Program-made: the position numbers and the translations under genes | Shown: positions 33,620 to 45,142 of the stretch, piece by piece | Layout: each line of letters starts with the position of its first letter | Position numbering within the stretch: position 1 is the stretch's first letter | The notes under the pieces: model-generated | Seen by the model: the letters and a program-made list of their open reading frames with translations, nothing else | What the model was told of the DNA's origin: nothing | The model's database searches: none | From: Catajapyx aquilonaris | Taxonomy: Eukaryota | Reading direction: 5' to 3' | Assembly: GCA_000934665.2 (NCBI GenBank) | Contig: KZ538838.1 | Coordinates: 1 to 45,142 of the forward strand | DNA: 45,142 bases

Positions 33620-36600
33620 TGGCGTAGAATCAGAACAATCGTTGCCTGCTGAAATTTCTTTGGATTCCTCTGTCATTTATTTTTTTCAGATGTTTATGGC
33701 ACGGATGACGCAGTCATGAATAAGGTAAGGTGTACAGTACATGGAAAGTTACCGCAATCGGAGAAAGGTTTACTGATGATGAAAGTCTTTAATTGTTATT
33801 TACAATGTCATAATTGTTGTTATGACAGTACCCTTCTCGGGTTTGCAGATTTGGCAACTACCTTAGCATACATTTAGGCTTGGGTTCGTGATCGTGAGAA
33901 AATACGGACCAAACATTAACTTCAAGAATACACTCCGTTGCCTCAATTTTATGTAACGTATGAAATACAACCACTGGATTACTTATTCGAATGGACTTTA
34001 AAAAAATCAATACATGATTACAAGGAACGCAGGAATATTACATGCCTAAATTTATATCTTACTGTACTTATTATTGTTCTAGTAGGCAGAAGAATGTCGT
34101 AGATATTCGTACGGTATCGTAACAATAGTTGCTGAGTGTGGAAAAAATATGCACAAAAATGAGAATTTTATTTCAAAATTGCAATGCCCCGTTAAGCTAC
34201 ATCAATCGGAAAATTAGCGAGTAAAAAGTTGAATTTCCGACGAGGACGATCATTATGTTTAGGATCCGTGGCTTATGATTATGATAATACCGAAAGTGGT
34301 ACAGTACAACCAACCCTTACAGAGAAAAAGCTAGTGCAAAAGACAGTGACTGCTGCCATCTTAGGTTTTGGAGCCAACAGCCTCTGGAGCAGCTTTCCCG
34401 GCCCTGAATGTAGGATTATAGCACGAGTTCAAGTAACTTTCAGACACCCACCATCCTGACGATTCGGATAAGTTCCAAGTTCTTCACGTCCTGCCATGCC
34501 GCCTGGATGGATGAATATTTCTACAGTACAGTATAGGTACAGTATTTGTATTAAAGCTGCTTATGAAAACAACGGAGTCAGCAATGGTAATATAGAGGGT
34601 CTTGTTCGGGCAGCTCGTGTCCTGCCCAGCATGCAATAGAAAGACCCGTACACATTACACCTGGGAGAATCTCCGCCGAGAGCAGATTACGCCTATGTCC
34701 CTGTAGCGTACTAGGTCAAGTTTTAATTATTGCATTTGCAAAATTAATGAAGTGGAACTTTATTATTTGCATGAGGTGCGTGGATAATGAATAACAATAA
34801 AATCGTAATATAGCGTCGGTATGTCAATAAACCAACGATACTGCCTAGAGTTATGGAAATATTTTCCTGTAATGGCTATAGTTATGTGCCCATTATGTAG
34901 AGACGAACATGATATAATCATGAATTTTACGGAAAAATAGGAAAACTATTCCACTTTGCATTTCGGTCGGTGAAATATAACCTACTGATTGTAACAATGG
35001 TAAAGTACAAATAATAAAGTTACAAAATGGCCTAAAAATTATTTATTAGTACGGTAGGACTACAGTATGGCAATATGTCATAAGAACCTGCAGACTGCGT
35101 CTAACAGCAAAAATCAGCAACATTACAAAAATATCCAATTAAATGGCACGTAATATCTTGTACTGCCAATGCATCCTATTTACTTGAAATATTGGAAAAT
35201 TATTATATTTTAAAGCCACTTTTGACTGATTTTGATCTCAAATCAGGGTTGTTTTTCTGCAATGGGTTCAGGAAATATCCCGAGTCTGTATATCCAGCGG
35301 TACCCAAATTCTTGTCGTGTGTGCTCCATCCTGTCAGGTCTAGGCCTCCTGTGCCAAAGACTTTCTTTAGTCAGCAGAATCAGATCCCTTGGGATAATTC
35401 GCGGAACGGAGAACCGCTTCCCCCGGCATACTCCGGGTATACCCCTGGGCCTAAATCTCACCCACCACCCATCCATCCATCTATCTATCTATCCATCCAT
35501 CCAAAGGAACAGTAGGAAAAAGGTTATATAGTGTTGAAGAAAGGTCCGCCCTACTTTTTTTTCTGTCCAAGCCTTCTTGGGGGGCTGCCCAGGTGTTTGC
35601 CACGAGACACTATATATATTCCCGGAGGCTAGAAATCTCCTGGGGGCAGAGGAAGGGACTTTGGCTTCTGCCACTTCAACACTTGGACCGCTAATTAACT
35701 CCTTGGTCTACCAACCAGGAGTTAATTTGATGCGGATGCACCGATTTCAGCGGTTAATTTGCGATTTTGGGGTCGTTATATTTTGCACAATATGGCACAT
35801 TCACACATACTCTTCTTTTTAGCAAGACGGAAGCGTTCATCAATTTATTAATAATTTAATAAATTAATGGAATTCTGAAGTTAATGAGAAAAATACGAAT
35901 GAGCCTTCTGCGCATAAGTGAAAAATTAAAAGGGATATTGATTTCAATCAGCGCTTTCCTGTACTTCTGTTTTTTAGTGTTGCCATTTTCAAACGACGCT
36001 CTTCCCTTCCTTCAGGCGAAACATTAACGTCTTTTCTATTCCATATTTTTCCTTGTAGGAACAGGGAAACGGCAAAAGTTACGCGTGGCTTTTGTGGGTC
36101 ATAAAATTTCTTGAAGAGAATGAAGTGATGTAATGACTGTTAAAGGGCAAGTCAGACCCGCTTGTCAAATTGCATAACAATATATTTTTGTCCCTCTTTA
36201 AGTAAACCGATGTTGGCCAAGTTAGTGCACACGGATATTGCCACTTTCAGAAAAGACAATTGACCGGGCTGCAAGATTTGTCGTAGTATAGTTTTTAATC
36301 TGCAGCTTTGTTTGTTTCTGAACGTTTTCGGCTCACCTGAAATGTGACTTTTCGCCATGATATTTTGTTCAAACTTCCTCAATTTATTTGCATATTGCTC
36401 ATACGTAAATGATCATTTTACAGTCAAAAAATTGCTCAAAGTGAGTGTCAATATTTTACTTTTACTCACTCTTGGAGATAAAATTATTTAGAATGATACA
36501 CCAGCCAGAGATAACATGTCGTGAAATTGCTGGGAAAAAAACTTAAATCAAATTTTCTAAGCAACGCCTTTCCCCTCTTCTTGTCAGCATAAGTCGCGTT

Positions 36601-39600
36601 AGCATCGATTGTTTGCCTCACACATGCTAGCTGAACAATGTCCACATTAGATCCCGGGTCCATTGTGTGAGAAATGGTGGCCGAAACCTCTCCCAAAACT
36701 CCGCCATTTCTCTGCCCCATAGGTTGGGATCTCTGGCCGTATACATGCAAGAACCAAAGTGTGGGGTTGCAGCTGTAGTAGTAATGAGCATGAAGTTTTC
36801 ATAGAAATGTGTCCAGGGGGAGTGGGGTGCAAGGCAGCTGAGGCCGACGGCGCCATGCGTCACTGGCATTGGCCGCGTCCATCAGGATGGGGGGTTGCCC
36901 CCCTCAAAAGAGAAGCTTCTGGGACAACCATGAAGATCCATGGTGGTGGTGGCCTGAGACTCCTCTACTCCCCTTCAACCCTCTTTTCAAAATCCGGAGC
37001 TAAAAATCTCCCCCTCCTCTATTCCAAACCCCTCCCAGCGCATTTATCAGCCGCTAAACGTGGTTAATGATAACCATGAAAATTAATTGAAGCAGCTACT
37101 ATGGGAAATTCGGCCTGTAGGGTATCCAAAAGGCCCGCCGTCTCGCTGATTGAATAACATAACCCTCCCTTTTATTTGCTCGTTTGATAAGTCAAGTTTG
37201 GCTCGCTCCCTTACGCAGCTTAACGGTTCCTCGCCGAATCAGCCATTTTGCTTGGCTCCAAAGATGATTTCTTGCTTTCATTGGCGTCAGTTAACGGATC
37301 CTTACCTCCCTTTGCTAATTGCATTCGCTGCTCTCACACAACAGGACCTTTCCACTTCTTAAGAGGACCTTCAACTACTCTCCATTTGTTCTCCTTACAG
37401 TTGATTTTCCGTGGAGCAAGTGAGAAGCATGCAAAACCTGGCCCTTTTGTCACATTTCACACCCAGCGAGACTGCGAATTTACTTTACGATTTCATATAG
37501 CATACGACATGTACACTGTTCTCTATGCGGTCAAATTATAACTGCTCTGTATGCTGTTGGTTCTTCAATTTTAATATATGGGAAATATTTCATGCTATGT
37601 TTTTCCACCATCATTTTCCACTTGAAAAAGCATCAACAGTAATATTTTGAATGAAATTTCCATCAGTTGAACTTGTCAATAATATCACAAATTTTGACGG
37701 CCTCTATTTAAAATATTTTTATTAATAAATTATTCTGTGGTAAACAACTAACAACGACATAAAACTTTACAGGGACCAGGCCTCGAAGTAAGATTTTCGT
37801 AGATTTGATCATTATTTTACTTAAACTGATGAACAAAATGTTCTGAATTTCTTGGTTAGTGTAAATTGGGAGAATATTCCCATTCAAAGAAATGGGTCGC
37901 TATTTCAACCAACACAAAATTGAAAAATAATCACTCAATTTTAGCAGAACACCTGAGAGTACACTGATTCTCTGAAAGTTAGGCTTCGCCAGGCTAAGCT
38001 GTGAAGGGTTCTCTGGTCGTGGTCTGAAACCTACATTTTCCAGCGCCATCTTGAAAATCAGACTGGCAACAATTAGCAGCCATATTGTCTCTTCGGCGCA
38101 CAAGCAGGAGCCTGATTGGATACAGCAGCTGTGAGAAACTTCCCCTTCGTACACTTCCCATCTCTTATCCGCCATCTGTCCCGGCAACCCCTCGGGATTC
38201 TTCGGTGGCATCCGTGGAAATTGATGAAAAGATAATGCTTTTCTGCCCCCCACCCAATCCATCCCCCCCCCTTCCTCTCTCCAACTCTTATTCTCAAAAA
38301 AATTCCCTGGTGTTGAGAACCAGCTGGAAAAGAGCGCCGCCATTTCTNATACCCCCAGCCAACTGGAAATTCGGGGGTGAAAATTTGATAAGCCATGGTA
38401 GCAACTAGGGATAAAATCCTGATTAGATCCGTGTATTTAGTAACGTTTCCTAAAACTGCGACTGATGTCGTAAGGGGTCATGGGGTGGGTTACAACACCA
38501 TTGGACTGACAGACAAAAAAAAAAGGTGAAAGGAGTTGCCCACTTGACACGCGTATATTGGACGCTCTATTTCGACAGACCTGGTTATATGGTGGACACA
38601 CCGAATCGGAAGGATAACAAGACAAGAGTGTCTTCCCCTCCGTACCGAACTTGTGACGAATCCGATGGAAGGAAAAAAGGGCTCATCCCTCCGATTTCCA
38701 CAGGATTAAGTAATTGGCCGTTTCATGGACCCCCGCTTGTTTTTTAATATACGGTGGGTAATTACACGGTGCATGTTCTGCCGGATTCTTCACACCAGTA
38801 CGTTGGTAAATTTACGTTCATGACGTACGCGCATGTCACAACGCTAATTGCGACCAATTAGAGACAGTAGCCTGTGCAGTATTGATATTGAAATTTTTCT
38901 TGTTAATTGAGCTTATATGAGAGCATATGCAGGAATGAGCCGGAGCATGAAACGAGTCACGAAAAACCATTCTCATCAGACGCCAATCTTCATCACTATT
39001 TACCTCGCTATTAACTGCTATAGATAAGGATCGTTAATTAAAAACGGGGGGAATTGATAATAAAAGGGATAGAGTGTTTTAAACGCTCCCGTAGATACGC
39101 CCTCATAACGCATTAATGTTATTATTTTCAAAAGCGGAGAGATTGTTGCCCTGTGCAGGCCTACATGCGCTTAATTATCCTACCGGTTATTACAACATGT
39201 GCAACATTACGCCCAATAAATTATGTAGTGCGCGATTAATTTAATTTTAATTTTCTCAATAATGAGTTCTCCCCCCATCAGGGTAGGTTCAAAATTTACA
39301 AATCTAATATCGACGTGTGATTGTTTTGCATAGATTATCAGGAGTGAGCAGTTGAATATCTATCCAGCAGCTATAATATTGTTTGCATTAGGGCCAAATT
39401 AGCCAAATTCCATTTGTAAGAATATTACGAATGGAGTGTCCCAATCGCAGCGGGACACCCTGGGTTCGGCACAGATGAAAGCCGAAGGGACATCAATCGG
39501 AGCGTAACAATGAGCCCCTAATCCTCCACCTGCGGAGGTGACCTCCACTTGGCCTGGGGTGGACATGTCCCATTGTGGTCCAGATTGGAATAAGAGCCAG

Positions 39601-40053
39601 GAATCTCCCCTCCCACCCATCTCACCCCCACCATCTATACATAGAAGGCGATGTCCTCCCCCGGCAGTGTTGCGGTGATGTCCCCCCGTCTTGAGACGCT
39701 GTGCGGTCTCCGGCTCTTCCTTTGTCAACGGTGACAATGACACTAACAATACCAACAAGAGGCTGACATCGAGTCGGCTCGGGGCTTGCACAATGGACCA
39801 CAGGGATTTTCGGGGCCACACAAGAATTTAAGGCTTGTGCCGCCAGAAAAAGAGGACATGTGTATGTGGCCTTGTGAAAACGGCGTGTACACATGTACTG
39901 TTGACAGTTCAGCGTGTCCTCTGTGAATGGGACGACTTCACCAGGTCAGGTATTGCACGTTGTGTCCTGCTGAGGGCAACAGTTGTTCCTGTAAAGCTGA
40001 CTGTGCCCATCGCTCACAATCAGATGTACTGACTTGAAAATGGTACATCACGA

Positions 40054-40171
40054 TGTACCGATTCCTGTACCGACTTGGACATCAAAATTACCGTCAAATA
40101 CAACTAGTCAGTACGCGCCGTACTTGTTGATCAGAAAATACCACCTCCAAGTCGTTACATGAATCGGTACA
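40054..40171. repeat. Inverted repeat, 26-bp arms, 66-nt spacer
   Basis: TGTACCGATTCCTGTACCGACTTGGA (40054-40079) versus TCCAAGTCGTTACATGAATCGGTACA (40146-40171), 24/26 complementary. Confidence 0.85.
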
Positions 40172-42434
40172 CAGTGCATCTAACCAGACACTTTATATTT
40201 AATGTTATTTCAGAGACTATTGCCGGTTTTTCAGTTAAAAAGAAGTGAGGACCCCCCAGGGCCAAGTCAGTTCGGTGGTAAAAGTCAGTTTGGCCTCATT
40301 GAAAGCTCATTATATCCAACCCCCGCTGGCCATATTTTGGAAACGGAGGGGCAGCCTTGCACCAGCAGCTCTCTCATGAGGAGGCCCATCCAGTGACCCC
40401 CCTCTGGAGGTGCCCATGGTTTGCTTCGGGGTCTTCCAAAAAAAAGGAAGGCCTCCGGAGGGTGGCGAAACGCCTGGGGTGGTCTTTCTTCTTCAGATTG
40501 AACTGAAGCAACGGGCAAGAAAATTTGAGGGGACTTTGCAGCGTTTCTAGAATAGAACTGCTGGCCAGCAAAGATTGGCCGCCAAAAGGAGGAGCAATGC
40601 TGATGGCTGATTCACTTTTTTGTTGTCAGATTCTTGTCCTTCGTATGAATGGGATGCAACCCAATTCATTATCTGGCTGAGAGTCCTCCCGCATACCTGT
40701 CTTTTGCAAGTTTGAGAAGACCCTGGATTATCCGGAGGGTTCTTCAGTGCGGTTCATGTCTTTCCAATAGATTGCGGATAAACGTTCCCGTGTGGTCTTC
40801 GGCCCAGGGTACAGTTCATTATGTAAGAGGCACCGTTACTCTTTTTAGGGAAAAAATTGTGCTTCTCAAGCAATATTCAAAATCTCAAAAGGGTGTTGCA
40901 TGTTACCAGGTACTGGCGTAATTTTATCGTCTTGAACCTAACGGACACAATCGGGCCCCAGTTGTGGACACCCGGTACCAGTAACGGTATTCTGGGAGTG
41001 TCAGCTTTTGGTTTTGGTGCGAAAGGAAAGCCTCCAACTTTTTCCTCTCTCTCTCTCCACTACATTCGTCCAACTTACTCATGACCCCCTCGTTAAGTTG
41101 TTAAGAGAGAAGATCCGTTTACAACCAAATTGCCGCCATAAAAATTAAGCCACCTTTCTCACAACCAAGTGCATGAAAAGGAGACATTCGCTACGACACA
41201 TCCCCATTTGCTCCCTGCCTTTTATCTATCAGGCAGAAGGACACTGGATGACCTGGGGTCATAAAAGGTGCTTCCAGTGTCCAGCAAAGGCTATAGATAT
41301 CCGGGTCCTGTCAACAAGGTGCAAGTGACCACCATCAGTCTCAGTTGGCGAAGACATGCTGTGGGAGTTGAAGACAGGAGACAACAATGTTGGAAAGAAG
41401 TAGAGTCTCCTCCTGCTTGCGGTTCCTGCCGAAGGTGGCCACCAAAAGTGCCCGCTTTCTATGGCCTCTGGTGGGGATCACGAGTCCACCTTGTCCCCTA
41501 ATGGGTTTACAGCCGCCAATGACTGTTAATGCTGCTGGCTGCCCAAGCTCAGCCTATCCATCTTTAGATGCCCTCCAGCAAGGGAAGGGACCTTCGCCCC
41601 TTTCATCCAACGCATGCCAGGTAACAATCCTCACATTGTCTGCTCACTACCTTATTATCAAGCGATGCAGGAACCGATGACCTGATGAAAACTGGTCCAG
41701 GTCTCAATCCGCGTAAACAAATCCTTGGATTGAATTTACAACCGTAAGCTGTCGTCGAAGGTCAATATTTCAATTTATGGACAGTGTGTTCGCAATTAAT
41801 TTGAGTTGACATTCCCACCTGTGCATTGCAATTAAGCAATCTTTTTAAAAACACCTGATGCATAATAGTAAATAAACAGCTCCAACACATTTCCCTCTGG
41901 CTTTAACACCCGGAGAATCGTTCCCTGCAGATTCCATTAGCACCAAGCAGGGTCTGAGACCACCTGGGCGAAATTGGCATCCAGAGAGACGCGTAAAGAT
42001 AAATGAGTGTGACGCAAGAAAGGAGGCTCGCCTGAGATTCATCTGCGGCCTAGGAAGAAGAAGAAGAAGAAGGAATATATAAGGGGACGGAGGCGCATAT
42101 ATTTCACTCGGCGGCTTTTTCCTCCCGCGGCGAATGAACCAAACCCACCTTCTACCTCCTCCTACCTGAGTCCTAACTCTCACCTTTTTCTTGCCTTTCT
42201 CCCCTTCATCTTTTCCCGCCCTCTTTTTCTTCCGCTCGTGCTCAATGTCGTATTAAGGGGAGACCCATCTGCCAATGCCATCTTTGGACATAACAAATCG
42301 CCCAAAACACACACCATTCATTTCTCATCAGCACATACTAGTAATATGCACTTTGACACTGTTGCATCCTTCGTTGATAAAGATGTATAATCTGTTCGAA
42401 TATTTTTTTCTTCCTCAAATAGGCTAGTTACCTG

Positions 42435-42915
42435 CATTCTATAAATTTTCTATTGAAAATTTCAGCCTCAAATATTTTACCTCAAAATTTTCGAGTGAAA
42501 ATTTCACTCGAGAAATTAGACTGAAAATTTTACTCAAAAAATTATAGTGAAAATTTCATTCAAAACGGGAGCAATTTCGCAAAATGCCCTTTTTGAGGGA
42601 ATTTCACTCCGCAAAGATTTACTTTAACTCAAATAGAATGAAAAATTGCCCGAAAGAAATGAAAATAAGTGTGAGACTATACTCTTTCATTGAGTGAAAC
42701 CCATTTCGCCCAATTTAAGTTTTTTTTTTTGCGGGAATATGAGGGGAAACGTACTCAATTTGAGCGAAATTATCACTCATTTTGAGCGAAAATTTTTCAC
42801 TCTAATTATCGAGCGATTTTTTGCTCAAAAAGAATGGGATTCTAATCAAATACTGTAGAAGAAAAAGCGAAAATCACTCAAATCGAGTGGAAAAACACTC
42901 GTAAATTTTAGAGTG
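42435..42915. mobile_element. Degenerate CACTA/EnSpm-like non-autonomous element
   Basis: Right end ...AAATTTTAGAGTG, degenerate left end CATTCTATAAATTTT; many internal GAG(T/C)GAAA..TCACTC palindromic subunits, e.g. TCGAGTGAAAATTTCACTCGA at 42491-42511. Confidence 0.5.
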
Positions 42916-44940
42916 ATATTTTCTAGCTCATCTTGAGCGTTTCTTGATCATCTTTAAAACGTTTCTTGATCATACTGAGTTTTTTTGCCTCTAATTTAAG
43001 GGTAAAAATTTTCTCAATACATAATTACACACTTAAAAAATCCTGCAGAAATCATAGTATTTAAAAAAATATATTACGCACAGTGCATACCAGGAGTATT
43101 ATTTCATGCACCTGTGTACGAGTAGTGGCACAAATTTTTTTGCCGACATCGGAAATATAAGCGGCGGTAAAAGTATAGCCACCTCCTTTTATTTTCACCC
43201 TCCCACTGACATGAGGCTGTGACAGGTCACAAGGCACCCAAGTCTCACCCTCTCGTAAATAAATTCTCCAAGACCTGGCCCCAGTGATTTATAGCCCGCA
43301 CCGGAGGTAATCTTTTCAGTTCTGCAGATCACATTTGGGGACAGAGGGCATCCGGGTTCTCCCGAGCTTATTATTATTATATGGAGAAGGGGGGGGGGGG
43401 CGAATAGGTGTATGGTAGGGAAACCTCCTCTCTTCTTATGGACCACAGAGTAATTTATGGTCTCCATGTCTTGGACACTGTGACCTCCCCTTGACCTGAC
43501 AATCCTAGACTCTTTTCCCACGCAAACTAAAATCAATCTACAACCCAACATATTTCGGAACCCAAAGTCAAGGTGTCGCGCACCTTTCACTCCCCTTTGT
43601 CGGGAAAATTTTCTAGTGAAGTTAATTAACCATTAGAATTACACCTCCACAAAACAACCTCTTAAAGAGTTTGTAATGTGCGGCCTCCCAAGCAACCTTT
43701 TTTTATTTTTAAAGTAGGCTTAGAAAACGAGGCAAAAAGTTTCCTCCCAGAACTCATTTCCTGGCCGATTTTACTGCTGGAGCGACGCGTGCATTTCTTC
43801 TTTTCTATCCTTCAGTAAAAAATAAACAGGCAGTTTGTTCATTACTTCCTTTCCAAGGACCAACTCGTGCCCCCTCTCGGTAGTAAGAAAATGGGCGTGA
43901 CATGACTATAGGCACGTCTGTAAGGTGCATCTGGCTGCTTTCCATACTCAGAAATCGGTCATAACTAGCGTGATGCATGCGTTAGACCACACGTGGTCAC
44001 GCCCATCCTACACATCTTGAGGGTCCCTGTAGTACTTATAATAAACATCCTGGCTGCCCCGATGATAAATCACGGTGGGGACACCTTCAAGAGAAAACAG
44101 TTTGTCTTGTAATCACTCTCTTTTTTTTTACCTTCTCAGGTGTAAGGTGGCGTGGGAAGCAAATAACCGGTAGCAGGACTTTTATAAAACTTAATTTTCT
44201 GAGATTAGTTTACCGTGGATAATGGCTCCGAGGAAATCATTCACCTTAGAGGGACACACAGGAATGATGACAACTGTGGTCCGCACGCGATGCTACAGAA
44301 ATTACGGGGATTACTGCAGAAATTTCGCTGTAATGTAGACATCACATTCCTTTTATTACCCCCGAACTGAGATATCAACAGCCGGTTTGAAAAGTCCGCG
44401 AGAAGAAAAAAAAAATTATTAAACCGACGGTTAATGAGTGACCATGACCTGGGTCAAAAGCGGGTGTCCAGAATACGTATCGGCAGTAATGTAATCAAGT
44501 TAGCCCTTTTCTTTCTTTATTAATAACGGCTTCCTCCTACCATCATCATTTAAGCGAAAAATTGTTGGAGGGTCCCCGGAATTTAGCACCTGTCCGTCCC
44601 AAATGGCTATTAGGGAGCCTAATGACTGGTGGGCCCCCACTAACCACCGTAAATCATTCGCTCAATGTCTTCATCGGTAAACGAAAAATTTAAAATACTT
44701 TCCGCCCCGATCTTCTTTCCGGATAGGATCAAACACGTCGTTTAAATGAAGATATAAAACGGCCAAGTGATACAAATCAAACGTCACTTCGGTCATTCCA
44801 AACGATTCTTCAGTACACGCCAGTTGTTGTTTTTTTCTGATGAGAAAACCGGCATGTCCAGTCATTAAGCGTGCCCATAGTTGAATATTAAATTAGCAAT
44901 GCATATTTCAAATTTAAAAAGACATTTTAAGCAGAAATCG

Positions 44941-45054
44941 CGCTGCTACGGCTACGCGCTGCTGCTGCTGCTGCTGCTGCTGCTACTACTACTACTACTA
45001 CAACTACAACAACAACTACTACTACTACTTCTACTACTACTTCTTCTTCTTCTT

Positions 45055-45102
<48 letters not shown>
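44941..45102. repeat. Compound trinucleotide microsatellite (CTG/CTA/CAA/CTT)n
   Basis: Directly visible in the sequence. Confidence 0.97.
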
Positions 45103-45142
45103 GGGATACTATACTACTGCTATTAAAATTAAAAGTTCTTGG

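Noticed and set aside
35192..43590. Many 60-150 aa ORFs downstream of gsb
   Set aside because: No recognisable domains, many non-ATG starts and no consistent exon chain; no second Pax or HES gene detected.
44881..45126. Poly-Leu ORF resembling a membrane peptide
   Set aside because: Translation of a trinucleotide microsatellite.

Overview
Eukaryotic, almost certainly arthropod, genomic DNA with two + strand developmental transcription-factor genes in tandem. (1) An Enhancer-of-split-type HES gene (bHLH-Orange-WRPW), 2 coding exons at 6197-7022, 226 aa. It has a Notch-target promoter (proneural E-box, Su(H) paired site with 17-bp spacer, TATA/Inr, upstream HES-site cluster) and a 3' UTR with Brd-box, GY-box and two K-boxes. 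(2) A gooseberry-type Pax3/7 gene (paired domain, octapeptide, S50 homeodomain), 7 coding exons at 21561-33298, 436 aa by my splice reconstruction; its first exon is hidden inside a spurious ORF call. The remainder is non-coding: a young tRNA-derived SINE with a 15-bp TSD, a degenerate V-domain-like SINE, several MITEs, three long perfect palindromes, a duplicated CTCF-like motif between the genes, many lone Su(H) sites, microsatellites and a 155-N gap. I see no clearly new biological system. The best candidate for something under-described is the regulatory architecture of the linked E(spl)-gsb pair. All calls were made by eye, without database searches.
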